This document shows, one piece after another, positions 53,901 to 63,071 of a stretch of DNA of 64,000 nucleotides; position 1 is the stretch's first letter; each line of letters opens with the position of its first letter. A program made the translations under genes and the position numbers. Source of the stretch: an uncultured delta proteobacterium (GTDB lineage: Bacteria > Myxococcota_A > Polyangia > Polyangiales > Polyangiaceae); assembly GCA_963716725.1 (NCBI GenBank), contig CAVQUB010000020.1:197040-261039 (forward strand), written 5' to 3'. The notes beneath the pieces are model-generated. The model worked only from the letters and a program-made list of their open reading frames with translations. It had not been told where the DNA came from and ran no database searches.

Positions 53901-56900
53901 ACGAAGGACGCGAGCCAACCACAGGGTTGCAGCGCAGCCTCCATCAACACCGCCATGGGCATGCTGCGAAAGCCGTTCTCGTCGAAGTACCAGGCGTCTG
54001 CGGGCACATCGTAGGCCACCTCGACGCGCTGCCCGACCTGCATCGAGCCGATGTCGCCGTCGATCTGCTCGACGCGCGTCATGAAGTGATAGGGCGGGCC
54101 GGGTAGCCGGGCGACACGGCGATGATTGTCGAAGACTTCGTAGCCGCGCCCGAAGGCCTGGCTGGGCCGACCCCACGCACAAGCGAGCAGCGACCTGTGG
54201 TCAAAACGGAAGCCCGCGGCCTCCGCCACCGGTCCCTCGCGGGTCGACAAGAGCCCCGGCTGGTTCTCGAGGATCTGCTCCAGCGGCCAGTCCGGCACCA
54301 ATCGCAGCGCCATGCGACGGCAATGAAAGGCCTTCAGCCCGTCCACCGTGCAGAGCAGGTCGGCGTAGACGGTCGGAGTGGGGCCATCGACGACCTCCTC
54401 GATGAAGACCTCGTAAACGAGCTGCTTCGAGCTGGGCAGAACCTGACCTCGACAGCGCAGCTGGTAGCGCTCTTCGACGGCGGGCTCGAATCGCCAGCCG
54501 TCCCGCTCGAGCGTGAAGCCGAGCGCGGTGAGGTAGATGGACATCGCCTGCAGGCAGCCCTCGAACATGAGCGTGCCGGGCATGCAGGGGTCGTTCTTGA
54601 AGTGACCGTCGAAGAACCAATCGTCGGGCTCGATGCTGTCGACGGCCCGCAGGTACCCGCGTCCCCAGGGCCCGCCCTTCGGCTCGAACGAGGTCACCTC
54701 GTCGATGAACAGCATGCGACCGGCCGTGACGCGAGGCGTCCGCGTGTGAGCACAGGAGCGCTCGAAGCCAGGGCCGAAGCAGCTCAGCGCATCACCGGCG
54801 GCGAAGGCGCGGACCTGCGCCGCGTCGAACCGGCGTCGCTGGCTCACCTGGGGTGACGGATCGAGACGCGGCTCGTCGCAGCGCTCGCCACTGGACGCTT
54901 CCCACAAGATCCCGCCCGACGCCGCCAGCTCGTCGTCGGTGAAGAAACCCGCTTGTCCGTTGCGCACGCTGAGGCGGGGCTGACCGGCCACCTTGCAGTC
55001 GTAATGAAAGAAGAACAGCCGAATGTCACCCTGGTTGGCGTGACCATCGACGTGAATGTCGTAGCGCAGTGTGTCGCCCGGCTGCGGCAGCTCTCCGTGA
55101 TAGGTGAGCTCGCAGCCCAGCAGGCGGTAGACCCGTTCGGACTTGTTGAGCAGGTCGACGCCGAGATAGCTGATGAGCATCAAGTCCGCCTGGCCGGACT
55201 CGATCATGATGCCCGCGGGCATTCGACCCTCGTGCAGGTACCAGGAGTCGGCGCGCACCTCGGTCTCCGTCCAGATGGTGCCGCGTCCCATCGACAGCGG
55301 GTCAGCGTCGATGCCAAGCACGCGCTCGGCGAGCAAGAGCGGTGGTAGCGGCATCCGCACCTGCCGCCGATAGCTATCTTGGGCCGAGAAGGCCGCACCG
55401 AAGATGCTCGAGATCTGCCCGCCGGCGTGTTGCATCAACCCGGCGCGATCGAGCTTCGGGCCGGGCAGCTCGAGGCTCTGGTTGGGCGCGGGCGGCAGGG
55501 GCGCGGGCGGCAGGGGCGGCGGCGGGAGCGCTTGCGCAGGGCGCGCTGCCGGGAGGCGCCGGCTGTGTGCGTCCACCAGGGCCTGCTGTGTCCGGGCACG
55601 GAGGGCGAGGAACTGCTCATGCAGCGCGGCCTGCTGCAGCAAGAAGCGCTGGTGAAGCTCGGCGATGTGCGCGCGTTGCGCCGCGTGCTGGGTCAGCCAC
55701 GCCGCGGCAGGCGCGGCACCCATCGCCGCTGCCGGCTCCTGCCCCTGTGCTGGCGCTTGCGCCGTCGCGCGCGCAGCAACCGCGGGAGTCGGTGGTTGAT
55801 CGCTCGACGCCGCAACGATCGGCTCGAGCCAGGGCGCGCGCACCATGTTTTGCACGAGATCTGCCGGTGGGGTCAGCGGCGCGACCCACCGCTCATCACC
55901 GATCTCCGGCAGGCGCGGCAGCTGCACCGGGGGCGCATGCGCCGCAAAGCTGCGCTGCGGGCCCGACCTCCTCGCGCTCTTGCCGGCGCGGGCCGGGCCG
56001 TCACCGGCGCGAATGACGACCGCAGCGCGCTGCCCCTCCATCGCCCCGAGCTCGAGTCGCAGGTCTTCGCCACCCAGAACCGCCTCGGCGATCTGGAGCA
56101 ACCCCGAGGCCGCGTGGGCGGAGGTCGCGGGCAGGTCGATCCGGTCGCCCTGCGGGATCGCCGGCGCCACGATCGCGATGATGGGGTGTCCGTTCTTGCG
56201 CGCGTCCTCGAGTCGCTCCAGCACCAGCATCACCGCCGCGTCCGCAGCTTCTCGCGGCTCGTCCAACGCGCAGAGCGCCGCACGCTGCACCGGCTCGGCA
56301 CCGAGATCGACCGCTCCCACCAGCGCCGCATCCAGCTCGCCATGCACGAGAGCGCGGCAGGCGACCTCCAGCGCCCGCACCCCGCTGAGCTCCTCCGAGG
56401 ACAGCGACATGCTGGCGCCGCCGAAGTCCAGAGCGCTGTTGATGCGGTTGGCGACGATGTTGGGCATGGTCCCAAGCACGCCGGCGGCCTCGAGCGGGTG
56501 GACGAAGGCGCCCCGGGCCTCCTCGATCCAAGCCGCGTCGCGCACGCCCCAGCGGCGCGCCCAGGTCGGCAGCCGCCAGCGCGCACCGTAGCGAGCGACG
56601 TTCGGATCGCAGCCCATGCCGATCAGCACGCCCAGGCGCTCCTTCGGCAGATCGGCGAGCCCTTCGAGCGCGTCCCTGGCGGTGGCCAGCGCCAGCAGCT
56701 GCTGCGGCAAGGTCTGCTCCAGGTCCTTGGGTGGAAAGCGTAGACCCTCGAGCGACAGAGCGATCTGGCCGCCCGGCTCCACGCTCTGCCTGGCAATGCC
56801 GACCACGGCGACTTCATGCTTGGCGACGGCGTCGATCGAGCGCTGGGCTCGGCGATGCGAAGCCTCGCCGGCGAGATACTCCTCGACGATCAGGTGCGCG

Positions 56901-58177
56901 TTGTTGCCACCAAAACCGAAGGCGCTCACTGCGGCCCTGCGCGGCCCCTGCTTTTCCCAGGCCTCGGTCGCGGTGAGCACACGAAACGGCGTCCCGATCA
57001 GCCCGTCGAGACGCTCGACCTGATCGAGGTGAAGCGTCGCTGGGAGGCTCCTCGCCTCGAACGCGGCGAGCACCTTCAAGAGGCTCGCCACGCCCGCCGC
57101 CGTGATCAGGTGCCCCAGGTTCGACTTGAGCGAGCCGATGGGCAGCGGGGCGCGATCGCCGAAGATGCGGCGCATGCTGCGGAGCTCAGCGCCGTCGCCG
57201 GCGCTCGTTCCAGTCGCGTGGCACTCGACGTAGTCGATGTCGGCGGGGGTGAGCCCAGCCTGCGCGTAGGCGCGCTGCATCGCGCGGATCTGACCCTCCT
57301 CACCCGGCGCCAAGAGTCCGTTCTCGCGACCGTCGTTCGACAGTCCAACGCCGCGGATCACGCCGAGGATGGGGCGTCCGCTCTTTTCCGCGTCCGCGAG
57401 CCGCTGCAGCACCACGATACCTGCGCCTTCAGCCGGCACTAGGCCGTCGGCTTCGGGATGAAACGGACGACTCTGCCCGCTCGCGCTCAGAGCCTTCAAA
57501 GCACAGAAGCCCACGTGAATGAACAAGTCGTCGGCGCAATTCACTGCACCCGCCAGCATCACGTCTGCGAGACCGTCCTGGAGCCGATCGCAGGCGAGTT
57601 TGATGGCCACCAGCGACGACGCGCACGCGGCATCCAAGCAGTAAGCGACGTCGCCCAAGCCGAGCGCTCGCGCCAAGAGGTGCGCCGGAAGGCCCGAGCT
57701 GAAGCGATTGCGCGGGTCTACGCTGGGCAATCCCGCGGCGTCCGCCAGCGCATCACCCAGCCACACGCGCTCTGCAAAGCGGGTCATGCTGTTCGACGGA
57801 AACGACAGGTTGCCAATGACCGCGCCGGTGCGCGACACGTCGCGCTGCTTCGCATCGATCAAGGCCTCCCGACCCACGTGCAGCAGCCAGCGGAACAGCG
57901 GGTCGAGACCCAGGATCTCGCGGGCCGGAAGCGCGAATCCGGCCGGGTCGAAGCGCGCGTCGAAGCCGCGGACATAGCCGCCCCGGTCCGACCACGTACG
58001 ATCGATCGACGAGGTCAAGCTGCCGAGGACGTCGGCCGGCGCGGCGCCCCAGCGATCGGGTGGAGCCGACGAGAGAAGATCGCGCCGGCTCCGCACCGCT
58101 TCCCAGAGCGCGGCGGGATCCGCAGCGCCCGGCAATAGGCAGGCCCGCCCGACAATCGCGATCGGTTCGAAGCTCAT
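50942..58177 (-). CDS. pfa3: Myxobacterial-type PUFA synthase subunit Pfa3 (KS, CLF, FabA-like DHs, PKS-type DH, AGPAT)
   Basis: KS DAACASS/ECHATGT/GHLITAAG; CLF SSEELSG; FDGHFKNDPCMPG and FKAHFFQDPVQPG; DHRPTYTAPALP; LANHQVGIES..HIEGTRS. Confidence 0.9.
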   Translation of the reverse strand: MSFEPIAIVGRACLLPGAADPAALWEAVRSRRDLLSSAPPDRWGAAPADVLGSLTSSIDRTWSDRGGYVRGFDARFDPAGFALPAREILGLDPLFRWLLHVGREALIDAKQRDVSRTGAVIGNLSFPSNSMTRFAERVWLGDALADAAGLPSVDPRNRFSSGLPAHLLARALGLGDVAYCLDAACASSLVAIKLACDRLQDGLADVMLAGAVNCADDLFIHVGFCALKALSASGQSRPFHPEADGLVPAEGAGIVVLQRLADAEKSGRPILGVIRGVGLSNDGRENGLLAPGEEGQIRAMQRAYAQAGLTPADIDYVECHATGTSAGDGAELRSMRRIFGDRAPLPIGSLKSNLGHLITAAGVASLLKVLAAFEARSLPATLHLDQVERLDGLIGTPFRVLTATEAWEKQGPRRAAVSAFGFGGNNAHLIVEEYLAGEASHRRAQRSIDAVAKHEVAVVGIARQSVEPGGQIALSLEGLRFPPKDLEQTLPQQLLALATARDALEGLADLPKERLGVLIGMGCDPNVARYGARWRLPTWARRWGVRDAAWIEEARGAFVHPLEAAGVLGTMPNIVANRINSALDFGGASMSLSSEELSGVRALEVACRALVHGELDAALVGAVDLGAEPVQRAALCALDEPREAADAAVMLVLERLEDARKNGHPIIAIVAPAIPQGDRIDLPATSAHAASGLLQIAEAVLGGEDLRLELGAMEGQRAAVVIRAGDGPARAGKSARRSGPQRSFAAHAPPVQLPRLPEIGDERWVAPLTPPADLVQNMVRAPWLEPIVAASSDQPPTPAVAARATAQAPAQGQEPAAAMGAAPAAAWLTQHAAQRAHIAELHQRFLLQQAALHEQFLALRARTQQALVDAHSRRLPAARPAQALPPPPLPPAPLPPAPNQSLELPGPKLDRAGLMQHAGGQISSIFGAAFSAQDSYRRQVRMPLPPLLLAERVLGIDADPLSMGRGTIWTETEVRADSWYLHEGRMPAGIMIESGQADLMLISYLGVDLLNKSERVYRLLGCELTYHGELPQPGDTLRYDIHVDGHANQGDIRLFFFHYDCKVAGQPRLSVRNGQAGFFTDDELAASGGILWEASSGERCDEPRLDPSPQVSQRRRFDAAQVRAFAAGDALSCFGPGFERSCAHTRTPRVTAGRMLFIDEVTSFEPKGGPWGRGYLRAVDSIEPDDWFFDGHFKNDPCMPGTLMFEGCLQAMSIYLTALGFTLERDGWRFEPAVEERYQLRCRGQVLPSSKQLVYEVFIEEVVDGPTPTVYADLLCTVDGLKAFHCRRMALRLVPDWPLEQILENQPGLLSTREGPVAEAAGFRFDHRSLLACAWGRPSQAFGRGYEVFDNHRRVARLPGPPYHFMTRVEQIDGDIGSMQVGQRVEVAYDVPADAWYFDENGFRSMPMAVLMEAALQPCGWLASFVGSALTSDQDLCFRNLDGTGTLKRAVLSSAGTLRTRAKIVGISSSAGMIIESFEVECLLGDESVFEMTTVFGFFPAEALAKQVGMPVPESEQGALEAASDVLIDLEARPAQYFEARPRLASPFLLMIDRVTGIWPEGGAASLGRYRAEKDVEPDEWFFKAHFFQDPVQPGSLGIEAMVQLLQFAMLHRGMGEGIENARFEPLALGAPLTWKYRGQVLMKNACINTLVDLVELGTDARGPYAIARASLYVDGMRIYEAKNLGMRIVPGDSSASDREEVLDPAVDSWITDHRPTYTAPALPLMSMVDRMAAAALAREPQRAVVEVDNVRVERWLPITSSTRLRTEVTQSRHHAAGQQRYDVKLLAFRSAPRAELSRFELVATASVLLGDYAKAPEPLEPLADAVAVPDPYRAGHLFHGEAFQKLSRLALGASGSSALLDVAPGRVPKGCLNQVLLDAITHAIPNDTLHRWCDEIPVDQVGYPYRIAEMKIFGPPPEAGQLRCEVRFAGFDGDFRFPSFVVQLIDAGQVWLSLRLTEILMPKGPLGDVPPLERVAFLRDRRAVPGMALSRREGGVTRLPLHAIKASNWLPGTIESLYATEGATEGDAALEVAAKDHVALLAGVHPSTVQIDGRHAVSAAQPLTRHELDVAVTDHEICVRSAGSPRLDLAPVRRYWDRYFDAGRWPVEDLYYGLIHRFVGAVHIADPAAFAALRGRSTLYLANHQVGIESLLFSIIASGLSGVPTVTLAKEEHRTTWLGLLIQHCFSYPGIVDPRVITYFDRGDSSALSSIVLELSREMMGPGKSVMVHIEGTRSLSCRTPVVKMTSLFIDMALATRAPIVPVRFVGGLPARPLEGRIEFPFEMGRQDLHFGRPIQPETFEALPYKERKAVVIEAINALGPNNAEEEPMSPDPAFAACVSERARRTGASAEHAALFEMLAALSAPGDEVQALLSGARQGRLSLPATPVGLWLAELARRLYGPAGGEVIIE

Positions 58178-60420
58178 GCTCGCTGGTGGGTCTCGACGCC
58201 CTCGAGTCGCGCGACCACGCGACCAGTTCCGTCGATGAAGGTGATGTCGCTGACGGCTCTGCCATTGCCCTCGGCCTTGGCGCTGACCAAGCAACGAAAC
58301 GGCCCTGCGGCGCGCTCGGCGCTGAACGAGCGGTAGGCCGATAGGCCCGTTGGGAGGGCGCGTCCTCCCAGGCAGTGGTTGGCCCACAAGAGCGCCAGCT
58401 GCAGGCCCCCATCGAGCAGCGCCGGATCAGTCTGCCACGGTCCGCCAATCCACTGCTGCTCCTCGGTACCCACGACGTCACCGGCGATGCCGCCCGCGCC
58501 CACACCCTGCACGCCGCGGATCACTTGAAACTGCGGACCATGGAACAGCGCATCGCCGTAGATGGCTGCGCAAAGTGGCCCAAGCGGGAGCGGCGGCGGC
58601 TCCCCTGAGCAGCGCCTGCCCAGCGCCTCCAGCGCCTCGGGCTCGACGAGCTCGACCACGGCAGCGTAGTGACGCAGACGCGGGTCGACGGGATCGCAGA
58701 GCTCCACTTCGACCTCTCGCGCGCTGCGCTGCTTGCAGCGCAGGCTGAGCCAATTCCCACCGCGTTGGAAGCGCTCGAGCCGAACGCCGCGAAACACCCG
58801 TAGGTCGCGACACGCGGCAACGGCGAGCCCGGGGCACAAAGCGGTCGCCGCGCGCGCGAACCACTCCAGCACCAGCACCAGGGGCAACACCGGCACGTCC
58901 TCGATGGCGTGGTCCACCAGGTACGGGTGGCTGCTGGCGTCGACACGCACCGCGAAGCGCGCCTCGCTTGCCCCATCGGCATCGGCAGCGTCGCCGGCAA
59001 TGGCAGCTCGGCGCGGGGCGCCGCCAAGCACCACCTCGATCTGTCTGTCGTCGCTGAGCTCCTCCAACATCATGCGGGCGCCCGCTTCGAGGGGGATGAG
59101 CGCCACGCCGTGCTCGGTGAAGTAGCGTTTCAGCTCCGGGGTCACCATCCCGGCTTCCCAGGGCCCCCAGTTCAACGACTTGACCACTGAGCCCGGATGC
59201 CGCCGAGCAAAGCGCGCGGCGACCTTGTTGAGCATCTCGTTGGCCATGGCGTAGTCGCATTGGCCGACGTTTCCGCTCCGCGCAGCCACCGACGAGAACA
59301 GGACCAAGAGCGAGAGCGGGTCGTCCGCCGTGGCAGCCAAGAGGGCGCGGATCCCGCTGACTTTGGTCCCGAGCACACGCTCGAACTGCTCCGGTGTCTT
59401 GTCGGCGATGAGCTTGTCAGCCACCACGCCGGCACCGTGAACGATCCCGGTGATCGGCCCCCACTCTCGGCGAACCCGCGTCAACGCCTCGCGCAGCGCG
59501 TCGGCGCAGGACACGTCGAGGGCGAGATAGCGAGCCGGCGAGCCGGCCGCTTCCAGGGCTGCCAGGGTGCTTCGGATCTCCCGGACTGCGAGGATGCCGC
59601 GAGCCGCCGCGCCGAGCTCGGCCGGCTTGACCGTGCGGCCTTCGGCCTTCGCGGCCGAGAGCAGGATCTTCTTGAGCCCTGCGTCGTCGCTGACACCGAC
59701 GCAAGCGGCGGGCTCGTCGGCGACCGGCGTGCGGCCGATCAACACGATGCGCGGCCTGTACTGCCTGGCCAACGCGATCAGCGTCGCAGCAGTAACGCCG
59801 CGCGCACCCCCCGAGCAAACGAGCACGCTGCGTTCGTCGATGGGGGGCGTGCACGTCGCCCGCGGCTCCTCGAGCGCGGTCCTCAGCGTCGTGCGCCGAC
59901 CGTCGGCGTGCAAGCCCACTTCGATGTCATTGCCGCCAGCGTAGAGCTCGAGGGCGATGGCCTCGGCCAGCTCCGCCGCGCTGCGTTCGCCGCGCTCCAG
60001 ATCAATCGCCTTGACGGATGCTCGAGGCCACTCGAGCGACGCAGTCTTCGCCAGGCCGGCCAATCCACCGAGCCAAGCCCGCTCGCTGCCGCTGAGACCG
60101 AAGTCGCCCCCGGTGTCTTGCACCGTGACGAAGACGCCGCCGCTGGCGCGCGGAGCAAAGGCCTTTGCCGCACGGAAGGCCTCGCGATTGATCTCGACGG
60201 CTTCGTCGTCGCTCCCCAGCTCGCGAAGTCCGCCGAGAAAGATCACGGCTCCCGCAGCTGAGTCGACCTGATCCACCACACGCGCCGCCAGCTGCCGCCT
60301 GCGCAGCTCTTCGACCAAGGCTTCGGCAACACCACGGTGGTCGCGGGTGACCAATACCTCTCCGACTCTGCTCAGCGTCGCGAGCCCCGCCATCGCGAGG
60401 CCACACGCCGGCGCAGCCAC
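58174..60420 (-). CDS. pfa2: Pfa2 C-terminal part (KR-DH), probably separated from the upstream part by a frameshift
   Basis: SGGARGVT, HGAG, GQCDYAMANE, YLVDHAIEDVPVLP. Confidence 0.85.
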   Translation of the reverse strand: MAAPACGLAMAGLATLSRVGEVLVTRDHRGVAEALVEELRRRQLAARVVDQVDSAAGAVIFLGGLRELGSDDEAVEINREAFRAAKAFAPRASGGVFVTVQDTGGDFGLSGSERAWLGGLAGLAKTASLEWPRASVKAIDLERGERSAAELAEAIALELYAGGNDIEVGLHADGRRTTLRTALEEPRATCTPPIDERSVLVCSGGARGVTAATLIALARQYRPRIVLIGRTPVADEPAACVGVSDDAGLKKILLSAAKAEGRTVKPAELGAAARGILAVREIRSTLAALEAAGSPARYLALDVSCADALREALTRVRREWGPITGIVHGAGVVADKLIADKTPEQFERVLGTKVSGIRALLAATADDPLSLLVLFSSVAARSGNVGQCDYAMANEMLNKVAARFARRHPGSVVKSLNWGPWEAGMVTPELKRYFTEHGVALIPLEAGARMMLEELSDDRQIEVVLGGAPRRAAIAGDAADADGASEARFAVRVDASSHPYLVDHAIEDVPVLPLVLVLEWFARAATALCPGLAVAACRDLRVFRGVRLERFQRGGNWLSLRCKQRSAREVEVELCDPVDPRLRHYAAVVELVEPEALEALGRRCSGEPPPLPLGPLCAAIYGDALFHGPQFQVIRGVQGVGAGGIAGDVVGTEEQQWIGGPWQTDPALLDGGLQLALLWANHCLGGRALPTGLSAYRSFSAERAAGPFRCLVSAKAEGNGRAVSDITFIDGTGRVVARLEGVETHQRA

Positions 60421-60425
60421 CTCAG

Positions 60426-62975
60426 CTAGCGCGTGGCGGCCGAGTTGGCCGCGGGCGCTTTTGGGCGGGCGGTCTCCTCCGGCGCGTCGCCCTGCAAGCG
60501 CGCCTTCATGTAGCTGACGATCTCACCGAGCGTGCTCAGGGCCGCCATCGCCTTGGTGTCCACCTGCGGCAGCTTCGGTTGCTTCTGCTGCATCGCGGAC
60601 AGGATCTCGACGCGCTTGATCGAGTCGATGCCGAGGTCCGCTTCGAGCGCCATGTCCATCGCGAGCGTCTCTACGGGGTAGCCGGTCTTGTCCGCGACCA
60701 CCTCCAGCAACAGCGCTTCGGCATCGATGGCGCCGTCGCTGGGCGCAGGCGCGCCGATGGGCGCGGGCGCGGGCGCGGCGGCAGGCGCGGGCGCAGGCCG
60801 ATCCGCGACGGGCGGCGCCATCGGCACGTAGGCTGCCGGCTGCGCTGCGACGGAGATCGCCGAAACCGCCATCGGTGCCGGCGCGCTCAGGGCCTGCGGC
60901 GCGTAGGCGAAGCTGGGCTGAGACGCTAGGACCGTGGCCGCCGGCATCCCGCTGGCCATCGCCGTCAAGCCGGCGAGCCCCCGTTCGGCCGTCTGCAAGA
61001 AGGCGATGTGCGCTTGGGCCATCGCGTTCTGGAACGCGGTGTGGGCCTCCGCGGTCTGACGCTGCGCCTCCTGGTACGCAAACGCCCAGCTGTCGACGGG
61101 CATGGCGAAGGAACGCTGCGCGGACGCCTGCGTCTGCTGCACGACGTAGTGGGCTGCGGCGGGCTCAGCCGCTGCGACGGCAGCGACGCTGGAGCTGCGG
61201 TTGCCAGCACCGGCGCCATTGGAAGGCGCAGCGCCATTCGAGGGGATACTGCTGGTTGAGGGGCGTGCTTCTGGTTGGGACTTGTTCACTGTGGCCTCGG
61301 GGTCATCCGTCGCGTTGTTGGGGAGAGTCACGGCCGCGGCGCCTTGGGGCGGCGGATAGGGTTTGCCGTAGTTGGAGCCGGTGAGTTGCAGCGTCATCTT
61401 CGGCCGCACGACCCGGCGGGGATCTTCGTCCTTCGCGTGGCTGGCCCACAGGGGCGCGAGATCGAGCGCCACGCCGGCGGCGACCAACTGCGCGAGCGCC
61501 TCGTGCCAGCTGCGCATGCCGTGCTTGGACTTGCGGTCGAGCGCGATGGCCAGATGTTCGCGTCCCTCGAGGATGCGGCCCGTCAAGCCGGTCAGCACCG
61601 AGCCCGGCCCGACCTCCACGAAGATGCGAACTCCGGCGGCATAGATGGCCTCAATCTGCTCGACGAAGCGCACCGGCTGGGCGATTTGCCCGGCCAGCAC
61701 CTTGCGGATCTCGTCCGGCTCGGACGGATACGGCGCCGCGATCGCGTTCGCGTACACGTCCAGCTTGGGTGCCGAAACGACGACGCCGGCCAGCGCCTCG
61801 GCAAACGGTGCGATGGACGGCTGCACGATCGAGGAATGAAATGCAGTGGCAACCGCCAGGCGCTGCGCGGAGAGTCCCGCCTTGCTCAGAGCTTCTTCGA
61901 CCGCTTCGATGGCGTCTACCGCGCCGCTCAGGACGACCTGCGTCGGCGCGTTGTGGTTCGCGATCACGACGCCGGCACCCGAGCGCTCGACGACAGTACG
62001 CACCTGGTCGATGCCGGCGCTGACGGCGAGCATGGCGCCGGGTGTGGCCGCTGCCTCGGCCATCAACTCGCCGCGCTTGCGGGCGACGCGCAGCATCGTC
62101 ACGGCATCGATCACGCCGGCCGCATGCAGCGCGGTCACCTCTCCGTAGCTGTGCCCAGCCACGCACTCGGGTCGCAGCCCGACCAGGTCGAGCAAGCGCA
62201 GCATCGACAAAGACGTCGCGCCGATGGCGGGCTGCGCCCACTCCGTACGAATGAGCCTCTGGGCTTGCGCGGCCTTGCTCTCTGGGTCGAAGGCCGGCCG
62301 AGGAAACACCACGCCGTGCAGACCCAGTCCCGCGTCGGCTGCGAGATCCCATGCCGCCCGCGCGGCGTCGTAGCTCATCGCCAGGTCGGCACCCATGCCG
62401 AGGTACTGGCTGCCCTGCCCTGGGAACAAGAAGGCCACCCGACCCACGGGCTTGCCCACACCGTAGAAGAGGCCGTCGGGGGTCGAGAATGACGTGTCGG
62501 GTAGCGAAGCAATGCGCTCGCTGGCCTTGTCGAGCCGAGCGCGGAGCTCCGCTTCGTCGCGAGCGACCACGGCCAGGCGCGCCCCGGCGCCAGCGCTCCC
62601 GGCTTCTTGCGTGGTGCGCGCGAACCACCTGAGGAAACCCTCCCCGCCCACCTCGACCGCGCGAATGCGCTCGAGCAACGCCGCGGGGCTGTCAGCGCCG
62701 AGCACCACCAATTCGTCGGGCGCCACGCGGGTGCGGTAGGCCTGCGGTGCGCTACCCCGGTACTCCTCCAGCGCAACATGGAAGTTGCTTCCGCCAAAGC
62801 CGAAGGAGCTCACGCCAGCGCGGCGCGGATGATCGCCCGCGCGGATCCACGGGCGCGTCTCGCTGTTGAGATAGAAGGGGCTGTCTTCCAGAGCGAGCGC
62901 CGGGTTCGGCTTGCCGATCTTGATGCTTGGCGGCAGCACCTTGTGGTGCAGCGCCATGACCGCTTTGAACAGGCC
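60426..62975 (-). CDS. pfa2: Pfa2 fragment (KS C-terminus, AT, ACP), truncated at its 5' end by the foreign junction
   Basis: GVSSFGFGGSNFH, FLFPGQGSQY, GHSYG, AFHS, ACP LGIDSIKRVEIL. Confidence 0.88.
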   Translation of the reverse strand, partial: GLFKAVMALHHKVLPPSIKIGKPNPALALEDSPFYLNSETRPWIRAGDHPRRAGVSSFGFGGSNFHVALEEYRGSAPQAYRTRVAPDELVVLGADSPAALLERIRAVEVGGEGFLRWFARTTQEAGSAGAGARLAVVARDEAELRARLDKASERIASLPDTSFSTPDGLFYGVGKPVGRVAFLFPGQGSQYLGMGADLAMSYDAARAAWDLAADAGLGLHGVVFPRPAFDPESKAAQAQRLIRTEWAQPAIGATSLSMLRLLDLVGLRPECVAGHSYGEVTALHAAGVIDAVTMLRVARKRGELMAEAAATPGAMLAVSAGIDQVRTVVERSGAGVVIANHNAPTQVVLSGAVDAIEAVEEALSKAGLSAQRLAVATAFHSSIVQPSIAPFAEALAGVVVSAPKLDVYANAIAAPYPSEPDEIRKVLAGQIAQPVRFVEQIEAIYAAGVRIFVEVGPGSVLTGLTGRILEGREHLAIALDRKSKHGMRSWHEALAQLVAAGVALDLAPLWASHAKDEDPRRVVRPKMTLQLTGSNYGKPYPPPQGAAAVTLPNNATDDPEATVNKSQPEARPSTSSIPSNGAAPSNGAGAGNRSSSVAAVAAAEPAAAHYVVQQTQASAQRSFAMPVDSWAFAYQEAQRQTAEAHTAFQNAMAQAHIAFLQTAERGLAGLTAMASGMPAATVLASQPSFAYAPQALSAPAPMAVSAISVAAQPAAYVPMAPPVADRPAPAPAAAPAPAPIGAPAPSDGAIDAEALLLEVVADKTGYPVETLAMDMALEADLGIDSIKRVEILSAMQQKQPKLPQVDTKAMAALSTLGEIVSYMKARLQGDAPEETARPKAPAANSAATR

Positions 62976-62991
62976 AACAACACCAACAACA

Positions 62992-63011
62992 CCCCAAAAC
63001 CCCAAAACCCC
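62992..63011 (+). repeat. Ciliate telomere C4A4C4A4C4 (20 bp)
   Basis: ccccaaaaccccaaaacccc at the GC-rich to AT-rich transition. Confidence 0.95.
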
Positions 63012-63071
63012 ATTCATTTGAGGATAGATATATAAATAATGTATAACTAATATGCTTTTTAATATATTTAA

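Noticed and set aside
60420..60430. Amber readthrough (pyrrolysine) in pfa2
   Set aside because: The downstream KR-DH is in a different frame, so readthrough would not join them; no pyl genes are seen.
62976..63017. N-terminus MNGVLGFWGVVGVVG of tracked ORF 60426..63017
   Set aside because: It is a translation of the telomere and linker, not part of Pfa2.
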